64,000 bases of DNA from the IMG/VR virus record IMGVR_UViG_3300050821_018098. The stretch is one strand, 5' to 3'. The notes beneath the pieces are model-generated. The model worked only from the letters and a program-made list of their open reading frames with translations. It did no database searches and was not told the DNA's origin. A program made the position numbers and the translations under genes. Source of the stretch: a virus (lineage: Duplodnaviria; Heunggongvirae; Uroviricota; Caudoviricetes). Below, one piece after another: positions 45,945-56,781 of the stretch (positions within the stretch are counted from its first letter, which is position 1; every line of letters begins with the position of its first letter).

Positions 45945-48900
45945 CTATGATCCACAAGCCTCACAATTTTCTGGATTATCAAGTGAACAGGATAGTTGAC
46001 TACTAGATTCATCTTCAGTAATTGTTGTAAGTATATCTACTTTCACTGTAGCTTTTTGCTCTACAGTAAATTGAACAGCATCAATACCGGTTTGTGTTCT
46101 TAGATAATACATACCTGTTTTTAAAGCTTTTTGTGGTGTAGTACCATATTTAACATCTAACTCAGATTTAGTAACTCCACCACCCCATCCATAGAAATGC
46201 ATACCATTAAGTTTAGCAAAATTAGGATCTTTCATATAGATATTCATTGATTGTGTTTGATCCATATAAGCTCCACGATCAGCATATTGATCAATAACAT
46301 CTTTTTGACTAATTTCCCAAACTGTTTTGAAAATATCTTTGATATCCTGAGGTATAATATCTATATTTTGTATAGAACCTTTACCACGAATAATCTCATT
46401 CTTCATTGCTTCAGTCCAAAGGCCTCTTTCACAAAGAGTTTTAACTAAATATTTATTTAATACAACAAATTCACCTGAAAGAAGTCTTCTTGTATAAATG
46501 TTAGAAGTTTGAGCTTCGCAACTAGCTTCATTACCAAATATACTTGCTGTTGAAGCTGTAGGCATAGCACAAGTAATCAAACTGTTTCTTATACCATACT
46601 GTTTAATTTTATCTTTTAATGCATCCCAATCGTATCTACCTGGTTCTGGAACTATATTCCACATATCGAATTGAAGAGTACCTTGTGATGCTGGAGAGCC
46701 TTCAAATGTTTCATAAGGACCATCTTTTTTAGCCAAATCACAAGATGCTTTCATAGAAGAATAGTAAATAGTTTCAAATATTTGTTTATTTAAAATTTTT
46801 GCTTCTTCTGAGGCAAAAGGAATTTTTAATTTGAAATATACATCAGCTAAACCTTGTACTCCAAGCCCGATAGGTCTGTGTTTCAAATTAGATTTTTTAG
46901 CTTCTTCTACAGGATAATAGTTAATATCAATAACTTTATTCAAATTAACTGTCGCAACATAAGCAACTTCTTCCAATTTTTTAAAATTAAATGTACCATC
47001 ATCTTTAACAAATCTTGGTAAACATAATGATGCAAGATTACATACAGCTACCTCATCAGGAGCAACATATTCAACGATTTCAAGGCATAAATTCCCATTT
47101 TTTATAACACCAATATTTTTTTGATTAGATTTTACGTTAATCGAATCTTTATAAGCAATATATGGAGCACCAGTTTCAATTTGAGATTCCAATATTTTTT
47201 TCCATAGATCCCGAGCTTTAACTTGTTTTTTGAACTTACCTTCCAGTTCATATTTTTCATAAAGAGTAACAAAATCATCCCCATAAACATCCATTAATCC
47301 AGGAGATTCATTAGGACACATTAAACTCCATACAAGATCTTTCTCAACACGCTGCATAAATAAATCACACATCCATATAGCAGTAAACAAATCTCTTGTA
47401 CGCATCTCTTCTTTACCATTATTCTTTCTTAAATCAAGAAAGTCAAATATATCAGCGTGCCATGGTTCTAAGTACATGGCAAAACTTCCTTTCCTTTTCC
47501 CACCCCCGTTATGAGCTAAACCTATATGTGTAACATACTCATGATTTGTGTCTATTTCAAAATCATATACATTCCCAGCATACTTCGTTTTATTAATATC
47601 AGTAATTCTTGTATAAAGATAATTATCATGCACCATGAAGTTAACCCATTCACCAACTTCTATATTAAACAAATCAGCAATATCTTGAACTTTAGGTATT
47701 CTTATACAGTAACTAACTTTAGCATGTTTACGACCAGATGTATACTCGATATTTCTTCTGTCTCTGATATAACCGGAAGTAAATATACCAAACCGCATTA
47801 ACATATATCTTGTAGATTCAATTACATTTCTTGAAGTCATTTCCAGAGTCAATTCTTTAGAAATACATCCATCAGAGAGCATTAAGCCTTTAAACAAACC
47901 AAGACTTTTATCTTTTGGTAAATGTAAAAGATTTTTATGTATTATTTTTTCAGCATTATGATCATAAAAATATTCCCTATTAAATTTAAATCTTTCGTTT
48001 ATACAAAAATAAATTACTGTCATATTAGGATGATATGTATCATCTAATATAGAATATTTTATTATGTTATCATTAAGATACTGTTCAACAAAAGCTAAAG
48101 CTTCTATATCAGTATTTTCTAAATATATTTTACACTCTGTACTTTCTTTATTAATATACCCATCACCAACAATAATACCATACATTATAGCATCACTAAC
48201 AGAAATACTCGAAATATCTTTTTCATAATTCACTATTGGTGTTACTAGAAAATCATCAACCTTCAAATCTTTTGTTTCAATCCATTCAGGTTTTATTATT
48301 CCTTTTTCCAACCTGTTTTTAATAACAGAATAATTTACGCCTTTCTCTTGTTGTAAAGTAAACATTGGATGTTGTGTTGTAACAATTACTGGATCGATAG
48401 AATGTTTTGTTTCAATAGCAAGAAAATCTTTATGTTGAGCTGGATAACGTCTTGTTCTAAGGACTTCTTGAAATGTTCCATCACTAGTTAAAACTTTATC
48501 ACCTATTACTATTTTACCTATTTGTTTTGGTCCTTCAATAGTATAAATAATAGTTTCATAAGCGAAACACTGATCTACATAGCGAGCTGTGTCATTGTAT
48601 ACACGAAGCATTGGTACAATACCGTTAGAAGTACCATTGGTACCTTTAATATAGGATCCTGTTGCTCTAATATTAGAAATAGAAATTCCTATACCACCAG
48701 CAGCTTGTGAAATTTTAGCACATTGTTTTAATGTGTCATATATTCCATCTATTGAATCGTTTTTCATTTGTAATAAAAAACATGAGCTCATTTGCGGCTT
48801 TTGCGTTCCAGCATTGAATAAACTAGGTGTGGCATGTGTGAAATAAAACTGTGAAATTAAGTTATATGTTTTGATTGCACTCTTAATATCTTTACCATGA

Positions 48901-49451
48901 ATACCAACAGCAGTTCTCATAAAAAGATATTGGGGTCTTTCTATAATTTTCCCGTCAATTTTTAATAGATAAGATTTTTCTAAAGTTTTAAATCCCATAT
49001 AATCCAAAAGAAAATCTCTTGTTTGAATTATAGCTGCATCTATTTCATCTTTGTTTTCTTGAACTATATCATTGAATTCTTTTGAAACAAGTGGTGCATG
49101 TTCACCATTTTCTTTGTTTACATAATCGTACATTTTCTGAGATGTTTCAGAAAAACTTTTGAATGTTTTTTTGTAGAGATTTGTAATAGCTAATCTCGCA
49201 GCTAGATAAGAATAGTCAGGATGTTTTACTGTTAAAACAGCAGCCGTCTCAACGGCTAAATTGTCTAATTGCTCCGATGTAACACCATCATAAAGACCTT
49301 CTACTACTTTTTGTGCAACCTCACTTGGGTTCACCCATAATCTATCTAAGCTAAAGGTTTCACGCTCAATCCTTCCGTAAATTTTATCAAGATTTACGGT
49401 CTCTTTTTTTCCATTACTTTTAATAACTTGCATATTCGTTTTGTAATCCAT
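45945..49451 (-). CDS. nrdA: ribonucleotide reductase class Ia large subunit (R1/NrdA, eukaryote/T4-like type) interrupted by a 354-aa intein
   Basis: ATP-cone N-terminus; [20 protein letters not shown] | intein | [23 protein letters not shown] matches R1 core; C-terminal catalytic NCxE region and C-terminal CxxC tail (CEACGS). Confidence 0.9.
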   Translation of the reverse strand: MDYKTNMQVIKSNGKKETVNLDKIYGRIERETFSLDRLWVNPSEVAQKVVEGLYDGVTSEQLDNLAVETAAVLTVKHPDYSYLAARLAITNLYKKTFKSFSETSQKMYDYVNKENGEHAPLVSKEFNDIVQENKDEIDAAIIQTRDFLLDYMGFKTLEKSYLLKIDGKIIERPQYLFMRTAVGIHGKDIKSAIKTYNLISQFYFTHATPSLFNAGTQKPQMSSCFLLQMKNDSIDGIYDTLKQCAKISQAAGGIGISISNIRATGSYIKGTNGTSNGIVPMLRVYNDTARYVDQCFAYETIIYTIEGPKQIGKIVIGDKVLTSDGTFQEVLRTRRYPAQHKDFLAIETKHSIDPVIVTTQHPMFTLQQEKGVNYSVIKNRLEKGIIKPEWIETKDLKVDDFLVTPIVNYEKDISSISVSDAIMYGIIVGDGYINKESTECKIYLENTDIEALAFVEQYLNDNIIKYSILDDTYHPNMTVIYFCINERFKFNREYFYDHNAEKIIHKNLLHLPKDKSLGLFKGLMLSDGCISKELTLEMTSRNVIESTRYMLMRFGIFTSGYIRDRRNIEYTSGRKHAKVSYCIRIPKVQDIADLFNIEVGEWVNFMVHDNYLYTRITDINKTKYAGNVYDFEIDTNHEYVTHIGLAHNGGGKRKGSFAMYLEPWHADIFDFLDLRKNNGKEEMRTRDLFTAIWMCDLFMQRVEKDLVWSLMCPNESPGLMDVYGDDFVTLYEKYELEGKFKKQVKARDLWKKILESQIETGAPYIAYKDSINVKSNQKNIGVIKNGNLCLEIVEYVAPDEVAVCNLASLCLPRFVKDDGTFNFKKLEEVAYVATVNLNKVIDINYYPVEEAKKSNLKHRPIGLGVQGLADVYFKLKIPFASEEAKILNKQIFETIYYSSMKASCDLAKKDGPYETFEGSPASQGTLQFDMWNIVPEPGRYDWDALKDKIKQYGIRNSLITCAMPTASTASIFGNEASCEAQTSNIYTRRLLSGEFVVLNKYLVKTLCERGLWTEAMKNEIIRGKGSIQNIDIIPQDIKDIFKTVWEISQKDVIDQYADRGAYMDQTQSMNIYMKDPNFAKLNGMHFYGWGGGVTKSELDVKYGTTPQKALKTGMYYLRTQTGIDAVQFTVEQKATVKVDILTTITEDESSSQLSCSLDNPENCEACGS
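47508..48569 (-). mobile_element. intein (Hint domain + double-LAGLIDADG homing endonuclease) inserted in nrdA between VDQ and GGGKRKG
   Basis: Block [14 protein letters not shown]..., block [10 protein letters not shown] (TxxH), LAGLIDADG motifs [11 protein letters not shown] and [13 protein letters not shown], block [22 protein letters not shown]; +1 residue is Gly (verified at DNA level: gct cat aac ggg ggt ggg aaa). Confidence 0.75.
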
Positions 49452-49688
49452 AAATGTTTTATTGTATAGGTTTTAGTTTTTAATCCCTAAAAGTTTTAGG
49501 GTATAAAAATTTTTGTGAGAGTATATATGACCTCTAAAAATGATGTATTTCTGGTCTAAAAAATCAAAACGTTGTAATCAAAGCCTTTAAGATGTTTCTG
49601 ACAATAAAGACTCTTAAAAAATATTTTTTTAATTTTTTTATAATTTTTTGCTTTAAAAACTTTAGTTTTATTTGATATATAAAAAATT

Positions 49689-50093
49689 ATGAAACCACGT
49701 AAATTATCTATTTTGACAGAAAAGTTTGACGAATCATCTATAGAAGATGAAGTAAATAAATGGATTTCAGAAAAGAAAAAATATTCCTCTGAAGATAAAT
49801 TTGTCTTTATGCCCTACATAAAGAAATTGTATATTCACAAAAATGATATACATATATTTAATTGTTTTGAATATGAATCTTTAGAGAAAATAAATGAAGA
49901 ATATTATTTACCTATAAAAGTTGTTGGTTGGGACGGTACAAAACTTATTTGTTATTACTATGATGATCATATAAACAATCTTTATTGTGTTCACATAAAT
50001 TCTACCATGGGTAATAAAAAACTAATGGTCGAAGGAAATATTATAAAACTAGTTAGTCTACTACATCAAACTCCAGCATTGGATGTTTCTTAA
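49689..50093 (+). CDS. hypothetical protein
   Basis: 134-aa ORF; 3' end overlaps convergent ORF by about 40 nt. Confidence 0.3.
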   Translation: MKPRKLSILTEKFDESSIEDEVNKWISEKKKYSSEDKFVFMPYIKKLYIHKNDIHIFNCFEYESLEKINEEYYLPIKVVGWDGTKLICYYYDDHINNLYCVHINSTMGNKKLMVEGNIIKLVSLLHQTPALDVS

Positions 50094-50679
50094 TGCGTTC
50101 AATATCATCAGCCGACAAGTTCTTTTTAAAACTTGATGTCTCATTTTCTATATTCTGAAGCTGCCAGTCATTTCCGGAATCACTACTATAGTATATCCAT
50201 TTTTTACCGGTATCTGTCTTCTTAAAAACGATTGTTTTAGATGAAAGTTTTTCTAAAAATCCTTCAATTCCTTTATTAAGGTAAAATAAATGTAATTCTG
50301 ACCATTTACCACCTTGAAAAATCTGAAGTATTAAATAAATTGGTTGTTCTATTTCGGTATTTCCCACACTATCAACTGTTACAAATCTTAAAGGGTAATG
50401 TGAAAATGTTGATAAATCACGGGTATCATTGATTTCAGAGAACTGTAGGCTACTCTTTTGAAGAGTTCCTATTATTTCTGGATCATTAATTATATCTGGA
50501 AGTGTTCTGTTTGATTTAATTTTTAAAACTGACTCTATATCAAGTTCATTTGCTTTAAGTGAGGATAAGAGATCTTTTACCTTAGCAGTAAGATTTGTTC
50601 TTTCTTGGAAATCTCTTAATTCTTGTTTAACTTGCACAAGATTTTTTTCAAACAAGTGAAAGTATGTGATCTGTCTCAA
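50053..50679 (-). CDS. hypothetical protein
   Basis: 208-aa ORF. Confidence 0.3.
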   Translation of the reverse strand: MRQITYFHLFEKNLVQVKQELRDFQERTNLTAKVKDLLSSLKANELDIESVLKIKSNRTLPDIINDPEIIGTLQKSSLQFSEINDTRDLSTFSHYPLRFVTVDSVGNTEIEQPIYLILQIFQGGKWSELHLFYLNKGIEGFLEKLSSKTIVFKKTDTGKKWIYYSSDSGNDWQLQNIENETSSFKKNLSADDIERIKKHPMLEFDVVD

Positions 50680-50727
50680 GATTTGTCTTTTCTTTTTTGA
50701 TATATATTAAAAATCTAAAACTAAAGT

Positions 50728-51054
50728 ATGGCCGGTACATATAAAGTAAAACGTATTTCTAAAATATTGGAATCCATGACAATCGCAGATCCTATTACTA
50801 AACCTGAAGTGTTACCATTTAATCCTACAAGACCTGGGAAACCATTAGTTGGTCCAGGACCAAAGAATAATAAAACTCTACCAGGTGTGGCACCAGCTCC
50901 AACAACTGTTCCTACGACAAAACCTTTTAATCCTTCAAGACCACAAAAACCTTCTGTGGATCCAGGACCGAAAAATTATAACAATGAAATCAACAAAGTA
51001 GTTGACCGATATAACAAATTAATTAAGGCAGGTATGAAGCCGGTAAAAAAATAA
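50728..51054 (+). CDS. small proline-rich protein with internal duplication
   Basis: TKPEVLPFNPTRPGKPLVGPGPKNNKTLPG and TKPFNPSRPQKPSVDPGPKNYNNE repeat units. Confidence 0.35.
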   Translation: MAGTYKVKRISKILESMTIADPITKPEVLPFNPTRPGKPLVGPGPKNNKTLPGVAPAPTTVPTTKPFNPSRPQKPSVDPGPKNYNNEINKVVDRYNKLIKAGMKPVKK

Positions 51055-51068
51055 CTCAAACTAATTTA

Positions 51069-52382
51069 ATGACAAAGATTAAACGATTCAGTGAAATGAA
51101 CGAAAGCCTCGATGATAATAAAGGAATACCAGCAGAATTCTTGAAAAAGATGCAAGATGAGAAAAAGAGTAAAGAAGATTTTCATGCTGGTATGCAAGCT
51201 GGTGGTATGGCAATGAGACTTTCACAAGAAATTTATAATTTAGAGAAGAATATAGATCCCAAAGATCTTGAAAGTGTTGCTATTGGAGTTGTAAGAAGTA
51301 TATTCAGAGGTGAAGAAGAAATAGAACAAGTTGGTGTTGATATAGATGATATTAAATTTCATATTGAATTTATCAAACCGCCATCAAATCCAAGGGAAGC
51401 TGAAAATATGGGTAGAATGATGAAAGTAGGTGTAAAAACTTTTCCTAAAAGTTCTCCAGAGGAATTAAAAAAGAAAAAAGAGGAAGATACTGAATTTTCA
51501 AACGCTGTTGATAAAAGAAATTTAATTAATGCTTTAACACAAGGTTTTGCTATAAATAGTCAGAAAGATTTATTAACTCTTGACCAATATTCAGAAGAAT
51601 TAGCTGGTAAAATACCATCTACACTTTTACAGAAATATTTTGGGTTCATGAAAAATGCATTAAGTACAGCTGAACAAATACCACAAGATTTTAAAGATCA
51701 AATGAGACAACAGGGTGGTGACGTACAAGCTGGACAAATGAAAGTTGAACAAAATGAAGATGAATCATATACAGTTGATGTAAAAGCGATTAATCTTGTT
51801 GTTGCTATTCAAGAAATGGTTAAAGGTGTTTACGAAATTTTAAGTTATCATGGTTTAACGGATTACAAACCAGAAAAGTTAAAAGAGGTTTTTGATGAGA
51901 CAGAAAATTTAAAAAATGAAGAAACCGGTTTTATCGAAGGACAAAAATTAGCAGTGGCTTTCGATGAATTCTATGATGAGTTAGAAAATAGACTGATAAC
52001 TGAAGGTTTTATATTTAAACATTATAAACCAATGAAGTTCATGGTACTTTCGTATTCTTATACTTTACCAAATCAAGAGTTTTTAAATTTATTTTATAGA
52101 ATACTCACACCAGATGATAAACCTTTCATTGAGTTTGCCGGGTTCTATAAAAATTTGTTTAAACAACAAAAAGAATCAGAACAAGATCCTAATTATGGTG
52201 AATTAGAACATCCTTCTTTCGAAGAACCTATCGAAGAACCAACTGATGTACCAGTTAATTATGGTCAGATGAGTCAAACACAATTACAAAATATATTAAA
52301 TAATGCCTTAGATTCTGGGGACATGGCTACAGTTAAAAAAGTAGGTCCATATATTAGAGAATCTTATAACGGTAAAAAATAA
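51069..52382 (+). CDS. acidic hypothetical protein
   Basis: 437-aa Glu/Asp/Lys-rich ORF. Confidence 0.35.
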   Translation: MTKIKRFSEMNESLDDNKGIPAEFLKKMQDEKKSKEDFHAGMQAGGMAMRLSQEIYNLEKNIDPKDLESVAIGVVRSIFRGEEEIEQVGVDIDDIKFHIEFIKPPSNPREAENMGRMMKVGVKTFPKSSPEELKKKKEEDTEFSNAVDKRNLINALTQGFAINSQKDLLTLDQYSEELAGKIPSTLLQKYFGFMKNALSTAEQIPQDFKDQMRQQGGDVQAGQMKVEQNEDESYTVDVKAINLVVAIQEMVKGVYEILSYHGLTDYKPEKLKEVFDETENLKNEETGFIEGQKLAVAFDEFYDELENRLITEGFIFKHYKPMKFMVLSYSYTLPNQEFLNLFYRILTPDDKPFIEFAGFYKNLFKQQKESEQDPNYGELEHPSFEEPIEEPTDVPVNYGQMSQTQLQNILNNALDSGDMATVKKVGPYIRESYNGKK

Positions 52383-52427
52383 GACTTATTTACCGATATA
52401 TACGTGTATAAAAATTAAAAGTAAACC

Positions 52428-53693
52428 ATGCAGGAACTTAAAATAAAGCTTTTCAATTTTAGAAAAGAATTAGATCTGGAAGAAAATGAAATTTATGAGC
52501 TTGTTAGTGCTCATCTTCAAATCGCCGATGTACACTCTAACCTTACAATAGTTAGATCTATTAATGAAACACTTAAAACTTATACTTACAATGAAAAAGT
52601 AAGAGAACTTCTTGAAAATTTATCACAGATGATTGAGACAGATCCTGTTTATTATAATCTTGAAGACATTTGTAAAGTTCTTGAAACAAGAGATTCAATC
52701 TTACACAAACCTATTATTGATGATATTAGAAAAATCATGGATATTAAAGAGTCTGTTGAAAGAAAATCAGCAATATTAGCAATTCTTCCAGAATATAATT
52801 GGATTACAGAAGTTCAAAATTTCTTAAATTATTACAGCCAAAAACCACTTATCACTTCTAAAAATGTAAGTGATCCAGGATCAAGGATTGAAGAAATATT
52901 TGGTTATGTAGAAAAGGTAGAAGGTGGTAGTATTTTCTTCACTGAAGGTCAATGGTTTTTTATAAAAGAAAACTCTATCGAATTAGGTGATCCAATAAAT
53001 CATTTTGAAGATCCAAATAAACTTAATCAAATATTCAGACTTCAGGAAGCAGCAAGAATTGGAACTGTAGAGGAAGGTAGAATAACATTTAATATTTTAG
53101 AAAATTTCAACTTAACACTTGATAAACATGCAGGAATGCTTCTTAATGGTGAAGTAGCTGATACCGAAACTACTCTTGAATCTGTTTATCAATCAGGGTT
53201 AATACCTATAGTAAATGCTGGACTTCTTTCAATAATTAAAGAAGCTTCTGCAAATATGAAAAAATTCATGAATATTGATATTGCAAGAAAAGTATATAAT
53301 ATAGGTAATCCTTTGTCTGAAGCTATTATATTCAATTACAATGAAAAAATGTATGTATTCTTCAGAAACGAATCTTTCGGAAATGATCTTTATGTACAAG
53401 ATAGTGCCGTAGACCTTTATGATGAAATGAAAGGTAAATTTGGTGCTGATGTTTATGAATTCTTACAAGATAAATTCCCGGTAGAAATACAAGAGAAGAA
53501 AAAACTTGAAAAAGAAGAAATATTTTTGACTGAACAAGTATCTGAAATAGATGAAAATATATCTAGACTTGAAGAAACTCAAATGTTAGGTGAGAATCCA
53601 GATCTTGCTACAGCTCATAAAGCTTTACTTGATAAAAGATCTGAAGTTTTGCAAAAACTACAAGATGTTAAAAATTCTATATCCGAATCTTAA
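52428..53693 (+). CDS. hypothetical protein, paralog of 60674..62266 (C-terminal coiled-coil)
   Basis: Shared blocks VYYNLEDICKVLE/VYYELEDLLRFLE, FFTEGQWFFIKENSI/VYIKNKWFMIKEDTI, LLNGEVADTETTLESVYQSGLIPIV/LLNGEKAERSTTLESIFNSPQIPVL, NIDIARKVYNIGNP/NLDIALHISNVVNP. Confidence 0.4.
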   Translation: MQELKIKLFNFRKELDLEENEIYELVSAHLQIADVHSNLTIVRSINETLKTYTYNEKVRELLENLSQMIETDPVYYNLEDICKVLETRDSILHKPIIDDIRKIMDIKESVERKSAILAILPEYNWITEVQNFLNYYSQKPLITSKNVSDPGSRIEEIFGYVEKVEGGSIFFTEGQWFFIKENSIELGDPINHFEDPNKLNQIFRLQEAARIGTVEEGRITFNILENFNLTLDKHAGMLLNGEVADTETTLESVYQSGLIPIVNAGLLSIIKEASANMKKFMNIDIARKVYNIGNPLSEAIIFNYNEKMYVFFRNESFGNDLYVQDSAVDLYDEMKGKFGADVYEFLQDKFPVEIQEKKKLEKEEIFLTEQVSEIDENISRLEETQMLGENPDLATAHKALLDKRSEVLQKLQDVKNSISES

Positions 53694-53714
53694 TATACAT
53701 TATAACTTAATTTT

Positions 53715-53742
53715 AAAAAAGCCACTGATGTGGCTTTTTTAT
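53715..53742 (+). terminator. rho-independent terminator
   Basis: aaaaaa-gccac-tgat-gtggc-tttttt. Confidence 0.8.
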
Positions 53743-53778
53743 TTATATCTTAGATATATAAATTAAACAAAGTACTTT

Positions 53779-54618
53779 ATGTCATACAATATTTACGATC
53801 TTATTTTGGCTGTTCAGTATTTTAAGCCGGAAACACTTGATTTTTTAGATAATATAAGAAACCGTTACATATACAACACAGAATCTTTTTTAAATCACTT
53901 AAAAGTAGATTTTCAAAAATTACCCATTGAAGTTGATGGTGATAAAAAAATGGCTTTTCCAAGTGTTAAAGATTTTTCTTTGGAAAGAGATTGGAATAAA
54001 TTAAAGAGAATACGTGAGAAAGCAAAAAATTTACCAGAACAGGAAAGTATCAAATTAGAAGTTCTTGGACATAAACAATTAAAAGAATATTCAGAGACAA
54101 TTGTAAGTAATCAGTCAGCCTTAAATAATCAATTAGCTGAAGTATATGATGATGTAAGTAATTGGGATGAACTTACAGTGACCTGGTTAAAACTAGTTCT
54201 TGAATATGCTTCAGAGGAGTGGAAAAAAGGAATTTTAGAATTTGTTAAAGAATTTGAAATAGAAAGTATGACATTTAATAAGTATCTATCCTTAAAAAAA
54301 TCAGGTCTAGGTATTAAAATTTACAATAGTCCTAAATTGTATTATAATACATTGAAACAATTAATGTCGGATATAGTAAAACAGTCAAACGGACTTGAAA
54401 ACAAAAGCAGTTTTTTAAACGAGTGGTTAATGACAAAACATAATCTACTTAATAGTAAAATATTGTATCCATGGATACAAAAAACTTTAAACATTAAGGA
54501 TAATGAATTACTTGAGGACTCTAGTAATAATCTTCTTCTAGCTGAAGAGGGTGGTTCTTTAATACAAATTAGAATGAAAGATTTTGGGCCTTCCAGACTC
54601 GAGATAAAGCTTAAATAA
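53779..54618 (+). CDS. hypothetical protein
   Basis: 279-aa ORF; TATAAATT box about 17 nt upstream. Confidence 0.3.
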   Translation: MSYNIYDLILAVQYFKPETLDFLDNIRNRYIYNTESFLNHLKVDFQKLPIEVDGDKKMAFPSVKDFSLERDWNKLKRIREKAKNLPEQESIKLEVLGHKQLKEYSETIVSNQSALNNQLAEVYDDVSNWDELTVTWLKLVLEYASEEWKKGILEFVKEFEIESMTFNKYLSLKKSGLGIKIYNSPKLYYNTLKQLMSDIVKQSNGLENKSSFLNEWLMTKHNLLNSKILYPWIQKTLNIKDNELLEDSSNNLLLAEEGGSLIQIRMKDFGPSRLEIKLK

Positions 54619-55486
54619 TACGAATAAATTCATCTATATCAATAACACTGACCTGTAGATCAAATATTTTTGTATGAACAGATCTATGATAATGCCCACA
54701 GAAAAATTTCGTTAAATTGCCTTGATTTAATACATGTTGATATATTGTTTCAGCAACATGTGATTCATAAATCATATCTGTTGCTAAATATTCATCTCTT
54801 TCCTTAAGAGATTTCATATCAGAATGTTCTGGAATTCTATATTTCACATAAGATAAAATTGTAGATGGTGCCATATGTAAACACAAATAATCAACTTGAC
54901 CAATATTTCTTAATTTTTCTTCATTAAGATATAAAGGTTCATCTTTCCACCAACTCAAATTTTCAATCCTTTTCTTACGATCAATCGATATAGCTCCGCC
55001 AACACAAAGTATTTTCTTTCCAAGTATTTCCAATACAGAATAGTCCTCAACAAAAATAATATTTGTTAAGTCCTCTATTCTATTAAGAGCTTGCTCTATT
55101 ATAATCTCAGAATATTTTTTTTCTTCTATATTATATCGTAAAATTTCTTCTTTCCATGTATTTCTAAAGAATTTTGGATCATCATGATTACCTCTTATTG
55201 CATACATGATAATATTACGACTTAAAAGATAGTCATTTAAAAATTTCATTCTATAGGATTCTTTCACAATATTTTTAAAACCTATACCGAAATCACCTAC
55301 CTGTAGAATATAAGTATTTTCAATTCCTATTCTGTTTATTTCAGATATTGTAATATTGATTTTACCGTGAATATCACCAAGTCCTAAAAGTTGATCCTTT
55401 TCCATATTAATATATAAAACAAAAGTAACGAATTTTATGGCCGAACAAAAGGATATCACGAAAAATAATATGGGTGTGAAGGTCAA
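54611..55486 (-). CDS. calcineurin-like metallophosphoesterase
   Basis: Motifs LGDIHG (GDxHG), VGDFGIG, RGNHDDP (GNHD), CGHYHR (GHxH). Confidence 0.75.
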   Translation of the reverse strand: MTFTPILFFVISFCSAIKFVTFVLYINMEKDQLLGLGDIHGKINITISEINRIGIENTYILQVGDFGIGFKNIVKESYRMKFLNDYLLSRNIIMYAIRGNHDDPKFFRNTWKEEILRYNIEEKKYSEIIIEQALNRIEDLTNIIFVEDYSVLEILGKKILCVGGAISIDRKKRIENLSWWKDEPLYLNEEKLRNIGQVDYLCLHMAPSTILSYVKYRIPEHSDMKSLKERDEYLATDMIYESHVAETIYQHVLNQGNLTKFFCGHYHRSVHTKIFDLQVSVIDIDEFIRII

Positions 55487-55670
55487 TAAAGAACTTGTAA
55501 AAAAACTTAATCAACAAGCTGTCCCTGATAAATTCGATGTAAAGAAGAAATGGTTTCCAAATGTTGATATAAGAGAAATCAGTATAGGTAATCCTAATCC
55601 TGTTATGGGGTTTAAAGAATGGAGTAAAAATTCATTTAGTAAAGTAGATAAAACAAAAAAGAGCGATTAA
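55437..55670 (+). CDS. small hypothetical protein
   Basis: 77-aa Lys-rich ORF ending in terminator hairpin. Confidence 0.25.
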   Translation: MAEQKDITKNNMGVKVNKELVKKLNQQAVPDKFDVKKKWFPNVDIREISIGNPNPVMGFKEWSKNSFSKVDKTKKSD

Positions 55671-55683
55671 TCGCTCTTTTTTG
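55655..55683. terminator. bidirectional rho-independent terminator
   Basis: aaaaaa-gagcgatt-aa-tcgctc-tttttt. Confidence 0.75.
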
Positions 55684-56125
55684 TAAATTTTTTCCAGTAA
55701 TCATTTTCGTTATACTCATAACCCATTACTGTTAATGGTTCTAAAAATTTAACCTCACCGGTTTTTTTATAACTTTGATAACAGGCAGAAGCTAATGTAC
55801 TTAAATAATCATTTTGTATTAGTGTATTTTTACTAAGAATTTCATTATTAAGAAAATTTACAACAGTTTTAAACATAGGAGCAACCGTTTTCATTTTACA
55901 TTTTTTCATTTCAACCAAAAGATCGTCTCGCCAGTCTATTGCTTCAAAAAACTCTGGGTTATTTTCGATTAGTTGTGCATCATAAAGAAACTCTTTAGTA
56001 CCTTTTTTAAAGACATACTGTTCCTCAGATGATAGATCTGGTGCCAGTATGGATCCTATCTTAAGGACATCTATTTTTTTGTCTGCTGTAGTAAATTGAA
56101 AATTTTGTATTACTCTATAATTCAT
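55667..56125 (-). CDS. hypothetical protein
   Basis: 152-aa ORF. Confidence 0.3.
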   Translation of the reverse strand: MNYRVIQNFQFTTADKKIDVLKIGSILAPDLSSEEQYVFKKGTKEFLYDAQLIENNPEFFEAIDWRDDLLVEMKKCKMKTVAPMFKTVVNFLNNEILSKNTLIQNDYLSTLASACYQSYKKTGEVKFLEPLTVMGYEYNENDYWKKFTKKSD

Positions 56126-56176
56126 ACATTTGATGTTGTTTTCTTTATATTTATATAAGAAGAAATTAAATAAGTT

Positions 56177-56653
56177 TTAGAAATCTTCATTTCTTATTAA
56201 AATATCATACTCTGTGAAGCCTTTAAACATTTCATAATCAGCTAATAATCTTCTTGTAACAAGATCAGCATCTCTTCTTTTAGAAAGTCTTCGTTCTCTA
56301 ACGACAGCCTCTACATTAAGATATATTATTGTTGATTCTTTACGCTGCTCAGTTGACAGTTTAGCTACGCCTGGAGGAGTTAATATAAATAAATCATATT
56401 TCTCCCAGGCATCCTTGGCTGAACCATAATACCAACCGTTAAAACAATCATATTCCAGAAGACCGTCATTATCTATGAGATTTTTGAAATATTCATCATT
56501 TACAAACCAATAATCTATACCATCCGTTTCATTTTCCCTTGGTGGTCGTGTTGTATAACTGATAGAATAATTATATCCTTTATTTTGTAATTTATGTCTT
56601 AGATGATCTTTACCACTACATCCAGCACCCACAAGAATAATTTTGTTACCCAT
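56177..56653 (-). CDS. gmk: guanylate kinase-like nucleoside monophosphate kinase
   Basis: P-loop ILVGAGCSGKD and guanylate-kinase signature SYTTRPPRENETDGIDYWFV. Confidence 0.8.
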   Translation of the reverse strand: MGNKIILVGAGCSGKDHLRHKLQNKGYNYSISYTTRPPRENETDGIDYWFVNDEYFKNLIDNDGLLEYDCFNGWYYGSAKDAWEKYDLFILTPPGVAKLSTEQRKESTIIYLNVEAVVRERRLSKRRDADLVTRRLLADYEMFKGFTEYDILIRNEDF

Positions 56654-56781
56654 AATTAAAATATTTTTAAGTAAATTTTATATAGGCTTATCTCGTAAAG
56701 TTTAAAGAATAGTTAAAAATTATATGATTGCTCAACTTTTAATAAAAATGAAATATAATATTTACATAAAGTCCAAAAAAT

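Noticed and set aside
47500-47515. Possibility that the +1 Gly of the intein is my misreading
   Set aside because: I re-translated the DNA directly (rc of cccacccccgttatgagc gives gct cat aac ggg ggt ggg, i.e. A H N G G G). The reading is correct for the sequence as given. A sequencing error in the source remains possible.
25245-48710. Short plus-strand ORFs inside large minus-strand genes (25245..25508, 46251..46448, 47526..47801, 48522..48710)
   Set aside because: They are antisense to the 735-aa gene and to nrdA and its intein, and are composition artefacts.
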